Of a stretch of 64,000 bases of DNA, positions 60,758-64,000 are shown piece by piece. The stretch is from an uncultured Candidatus Peribacteria bacterium (GTDB taxonomy: Bacteria > Patescibacteriota > Gracilibacteria > Peribacterales > Peribacteraceae). A model generated the notes under the pieces. That model saw only the letters and a program-made list of their open reading frames with translations, ran no database searches and had not been told where the DNA came from. A program made the position numbers and the translations under genes. Within the stretch, counting starts at the first letter, position 1. Every line of letters begins with the position of its first letter. Where the stretch lies: contig CAZHLW010000003.1 in NCBI GenBank assembly GCA_964533375.1, positions 17,823-81,822 on the forward strand, in the 5' to 3' direction.

Positions 60758-62445
60758 AGATGCGTAAGCGGAACACTATAGGTAAAGATACTTCCCTTCC
60801 CGGGAGTCGATGCAACCGTAATATCCCCCTTCTGCAGTTTCATAAAGTTCCGCGCGATATAGAGTCCGAGTCCGGTACTTGCTGCAGAATCCGTGTTCGA
60901 ACCTTTCACTCCCGCGCGGTCGAAGAGCTTGTCGATAATATCCTGCGTCATGCCTTCGCCGGTGTCCGATACATCGATGTAACCGAAGTGTTCATCCTTG
61001 CGAAGCGTGATGGTAATGCCGCCGGTCTTCGTGTGTTTGATGGCATTGCTGATGGAGTTGGTCACGGCTTCTGCCATCTTCTCTTTGTCCGCCAGAACGG
61101 TGATGGTTTTATCGTCTTTCACAGTAAGGGAAAGTCCCGCTTTTTCGAGGGCGATGCGGTAATCGCGCAGCGCACGATCCGCAATCTCGGAGAGGGAAAC
61201 AGCTGCCACCGCAACGTCGATCACACCGCGGTCGATACGGGAGACGTTCAGGATATCGTTGATGAGATCGCCGTTCTGGATCGCGACGTCTTTCAGACTG
61301 TTGAGCGGTTCTTTGAGCGATTCATCAAAGGTGCCATAGTCGCCATCAAGCATCGACTCAATCGTCCAGCGCATGGCGGTGACCGGGGCGCGGAGCTGGT
61401 GCGATACAAAAGAGGTGATGTCCTGGAGCGTTTTATTCTTCGCAGAAAGCGCGATGGTCAGGCGCTGATTCTTCAGGCTCATCATGCCGAGCGCAATGAC
61501 CATGCCCAGTGTCAGAAGCGTGAGGACGCCGCCGGCAATGCTGATGCGGAAGATCACACTTCGCAGCGGCTGATACGCCTCGCTTTCCGGCTGGCCCGCC
61601 ACAATCGTCCAGTCGTAACCACCCACACTGATCGGCTGGAAGGTTGCCAGCATATCGGCCTGCATGAAAGGATCGCGGTACGACTCCATCGAGAGTGTCG
61701 ATGCCTGCCTGATGGGCGTGATGTCTTTGTAGAAATCGTACAGCTGATCCGTGGATGCCAGGTGCGGGTGCGCAACCACCATGCCATGCTGATCGACCAC
61801 GTACACATAGCCTGATTTCCCCAGGTGAATATTCTGCAGCCAGCGGACAATTTCTTCCGTGCGATATTCCAGCACGAGGGTGCCCAGCACCGCACCGCTT
61901 CCCTCACTCATCACCGGCACGGCTATGGCGACTGCCGGGGACTTTGCGCCTTCGTAGGGCACATAGACACCGGACACATACGGCTTCCAGTCCTTCGAGA
62001 GTTCTTTGTACCACTCAGTGTCTGTGTGATCTTTTCCATATGATCCCGGTACCGCCGGATAGTCGCTCCAGAGTAATCCGCCGCTGTTGGTCATGAAGGC
62101 GCGCTGAATGTGCGGGTACGCCAGCACCAGCGCCTTCAGGCGGATATTCATCGTGAGGGCATCCTGTGTTTTTGCAGCTTCGGTTGTGCCGGGCACAGAG
62201 GCAACGGCGTGCCCCAGGCGAACCATCTGCGTAATGTCATCAGTGAGGAGCTGCGAGACGTTTGCCGCAGCAGACAGGTTGGTGGATTCCACCAGAACTT
62301 TCACCGACGACGACGCAATCTGCAGCGCGTAAATGCTGAGGAGCACAATAGGAAGAAGTGCTGCAAAAAACGGCAGCGCCCACCGCAGCGCGTGGACGAG
62401 CGGATGAGTAGTTTGCACACTGTTTGTCTGTGTATCTGCTGACAT
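60754..62445 (-). CDS. Sensor histidine kinase with extracytoplasmic Cache-like domain
   Basis: 563 aa. Two TM helices flank a roughly 250-aa Cache-like region (GYVYVVDQHGMVVAHP). H-box SFVSHQLRAPVTAM, N-box NAIKHT, G-boxes DTGEGM and GLGLYIARNF. Confidence 0.85.
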   Translation of the reverse strand: MSADTQTNSVQTTHPLVHALRWALPFFAALLPIVLLSIYALQIASSSVKVLVESTNLSAAANVSQLLTDDITQMVRLGHAVASVPGTTEAAKTQDALTMNIRLKALVLAYPHIQRAFMTNSGGLLWSDYPAVPGSYGKDHTDTEWYKELSKDWKPYVSGVYVPYEGAKSPAVAIAVPVMSEGSGAVLGTLVLEYRTEEIVRWLQNIHLGKSGYVYVVDQHGMVVAHPHLASTDQLYDFYKDITPIRQASTLSMESYRDPFMQADMLATFQPISVGGYDWTIVAGQPESEAYQPLRSVIFRISIAGGVLTLLTLGMVIALGMMSLKNQRLTIALSAKNKTLQDITSFVSHQLRAPVTAMRWTIESMLDGDYGTFDESLKEPLNSLKDVAIQNGDLINDILNVSRIDRGVIDVAVAAVSLSEIADRALRDYRIALEKAGLSLTVKDDKTITVLADKEKMAEAVTNSISNAIKHTKTGGITITLRKDEHFGYIDVSDTGEGMTQDIIDKLFDRAGVKGSNTDSAASTGLGLYIARNFMKLQKGDITVASTPGKGSIFTYSVPLTHL

Positions 62446-62520
62446 AGAACTATCAGGATATTATACCATTTTTTACAGATACGCGGAAGCAGTTACTGGC
62501 GCACCGTTTGAGCCTGCGAT

Positions 62521-63915
62521 ATGCTTTCGTCCATGCGACAGAAAAAGGCGCAGAAACTTGCGCTCCTCAAGACGACTGTTGTGCTGTGTATTGTGGCAAC
62601 CGCTGCATGTCTTTCGGCGATTCTCTTCGGTCCGCTGGTCTTTGGCGACCTCACGTCCATCCCATCCAACAGCAATAGCGGCTCCGGCCAGGGGAGTACA
62701 ATGTCGATAGGCAGTGCACAGGGAGGCAGTAAGGTGACGGGCCAGACGCAGACAGATATTGTGGGTAATGTATCGGGGGATTGTATCCTGCATATCAGCC
62801 AGTGTCCGGATAATGAGCCTAATTGTCTGAATAGTGCGCTCTTTATCCGCGGCCTCTGCAGCGATGTCCGCTGTAGTGATTCAAAAAATATCTGCACCCC
62901 CGTCTCCAATCCGGGACCATCAGGGGATGGCAGATCCTCTGCAGGACAAACATCGGGCACGAACCATTCAGACGCATCATCACGCACAAACGAACAGAGC
63001 GGAAATAGTGGTCAGGGCTCACCGCTGACCATTGCTCCGTCGGCTCTGACCGACAGGCAGCCGCTTGGCTGTTACGACAATGACGGCAAATGGACAACTG
63101 ACCGCTCCGCCTGTGCCGAAAACCAGTCACCGTTTTTGCAGGAGCAGACAGCCGACAGAACGGACAATAGCGGGACGAGCGGCAACAGTGGGAATGGGAC
63201 AGTATCCTCCCGCGGTACGCGCCCGGTTTTTGAGAATCAGAGTTCACTGGAAACACGACCAGCCATCACTACTCCGGAGGCAACTGTCCGCACCACTATC
63301 GAAGCTGACCGTGAGGACCCGACTCTGCAGCAGGCCTTCCGGGAAATGTTCGACACAGCACCGGAGCCCGCAGACCGTGCCGGAGAACTTTTGCAAACCG
63401 CTACAAACGCTCTTGAGCGTCTCCAGCAACTTCGCGCGCGCCCGCTCTCTGCTGCCGCAGCCGCCAGCGTGGACGATTCCTACAACTGGATTTCCATCCT
63501 CCTGAGCGATCTGGCCACGCATAACCAGACCGACGAGGAGATCGAAACAAAAGCCGTTCTCCTGAAGGAGCGCCTGGAGCAAACAACCAAGAGCATTTCC
63601 TCTCTCCCCACCCCGGAGCCGCGTCCGTCGGGGGTATTGGCCGCTCTCGACTCGCTCTTTTTAAGGCTCCCGGTCGTCTTTGCCTTCATGCAGGAGGAAA
63701 AAGTGCCGCTCCATATGAATGCAGTCAACACCTATCAGTCTGCCTACACGCTCTACACATCCACCCGCACCGCCTGCATAGAAACCGCGTCCCGGTGTGC
63801 GGAACTTGCTAATGTCATTGCAAAGTTAGAAACCCTGCGCACGGAAATCTCGCTGATTCTGCAAGAAGCGGGGAAGACGGATTTGCAGGAGCGGATTGAT
63901 GAGATGCTACGGTAA
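62521..63915 (+). CDS. Membrane-anchored/secreted hypothetical protein
   Basis: 464 aa. In order: N-terminal TM helix, Ser/Gly/Asn/Thr-rich low-complexity region with a few Cys, and a C-terminal helical region. No family recognised. Confidence 0.5.
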   Translation: MLSSMRQKKAQKLALLKTTVVLCIVATAACLSAILFGPLVFGDLTSIPSNSNSGSGQGSTMSIGSAQGGSKVTGQTQTDIVGNVSGDCILHISQCPDNEPNCLNSALFIRGLCSDVRCSDSKNICTPVSNPGPSGDGRSSAGQTSGTNHSDASSRTNEQSGNSGQGSPLTIAPSALTDRQPLGCYDNDGKWTTDRSACAENQSPFLQEQTADRTDNSGTSGNSGNGTVSSRGTRPVFENQSSLETRPAITTPEATVRTTIEADREDPTLQQAFREMFDTAPEPADRAGELLQTATNALERLQQLRARPLSAAAAASVDDSYNWISILLSDLATHNQTDEEIETKAVLLKERLEQTTKSISSLPTPEPRPSGVLAALDSLFLRLPVVFAFMQEEKVPLHMNAVNTYQSAYTLYTSTRTACIETASRCAELANVIAKLETLRTEISLILQEAGKTDLQERIDEMLR

Positions 63916-64000
63916 AGTGGGCATCTTTTTCTTATCCACCCTGCTTGTATGAATATCAGCAGTGTTTATCCCAAATCTTTTTATAAGGGCTTCTACGAAT

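Noticed and set aside
1-64000. Alternative genetic code (UGA read as Gly or Trp, as in some candidate phyla)
   Set aside because: TGA terminates well-defined genes (secY, the GT at 29622-30884, the methyltransferase at 20794-21669) exactly where homologs end and where coupled ATGA/TGATG restarts occur. Conserved proteins translate to full length with code 11.

Overview
This is a 64-kb bacterial window using the standard genetic code: TGA acts as a stop, including in several ATGA/TGATG stop-start overlaps. No rRNA, tRNA, CRISPR array, transposase, integrase or phage gene was recognised.

Positions 38-16082 (minus strand) hold a ribosomal-protein supercluster: rplC-rplD-rplW-rplB-rpsS-rplV-rpsC-rplP-rpmC-rpsQ-rplN-rplX-rplE-rpsN-rpsH-rplF-rplR-rpsE ... 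rplO-secY ... adk-map. It has no rpsJ at its head and no rpmD (L30). It is interrupted twice by plus-strand envelope genes. Several r-proteins carry Lys/Ala-rich tails. The missing L30 and the overall gene content are compatible with a CPR/Patescibacteria-like uncultivated lineage, but that is inference only.

Positions 16.2-23.4 kb and 29.6-39.9 kb carry envelope-glycan genes:
- methyltransferases
- GT2 and GT4 glycosyltransferases
- a short-chain dehydrogenase (SDR)
- a hexapeptide acetyltransferase
- a WbsX-like protein
- a Wzm/Wzt-type ABC exporter
- two tandem GT-C-like membrane proteins

Between these two blocks lie a DsbA-like oxidoreductase, an SLH protein ending in 11 'CYYD.NGRY.CDD' mini-repeats, and a LysRS fused to an HD-domain hydrolase.

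The most striking feature is at 39861-56487. Five tandem paralogous genes encode giant (970-1163 aa) Cys-rich/Ser-rich modular surface proteins. Their N-terminal heads are divergent, their stalks are conserved, and they share a near-invariant C-terminal sorting-like signal.

A second unexplained signal is a family of short elements built from tandem heptamers next to an A-rich ATTCCACC core. They occur in intergenic spacers and once in frame as the LysRS-HD linker.

The 3' end encodes a beta-CASP RNase, a pseudouridine synthase, an SLH protein, a methyltransferase, a Cache-type histidine kinase and a secreted hypothetical protein.

Coordinates of non-coding features were read by eye and may be off by 1-2 nt.
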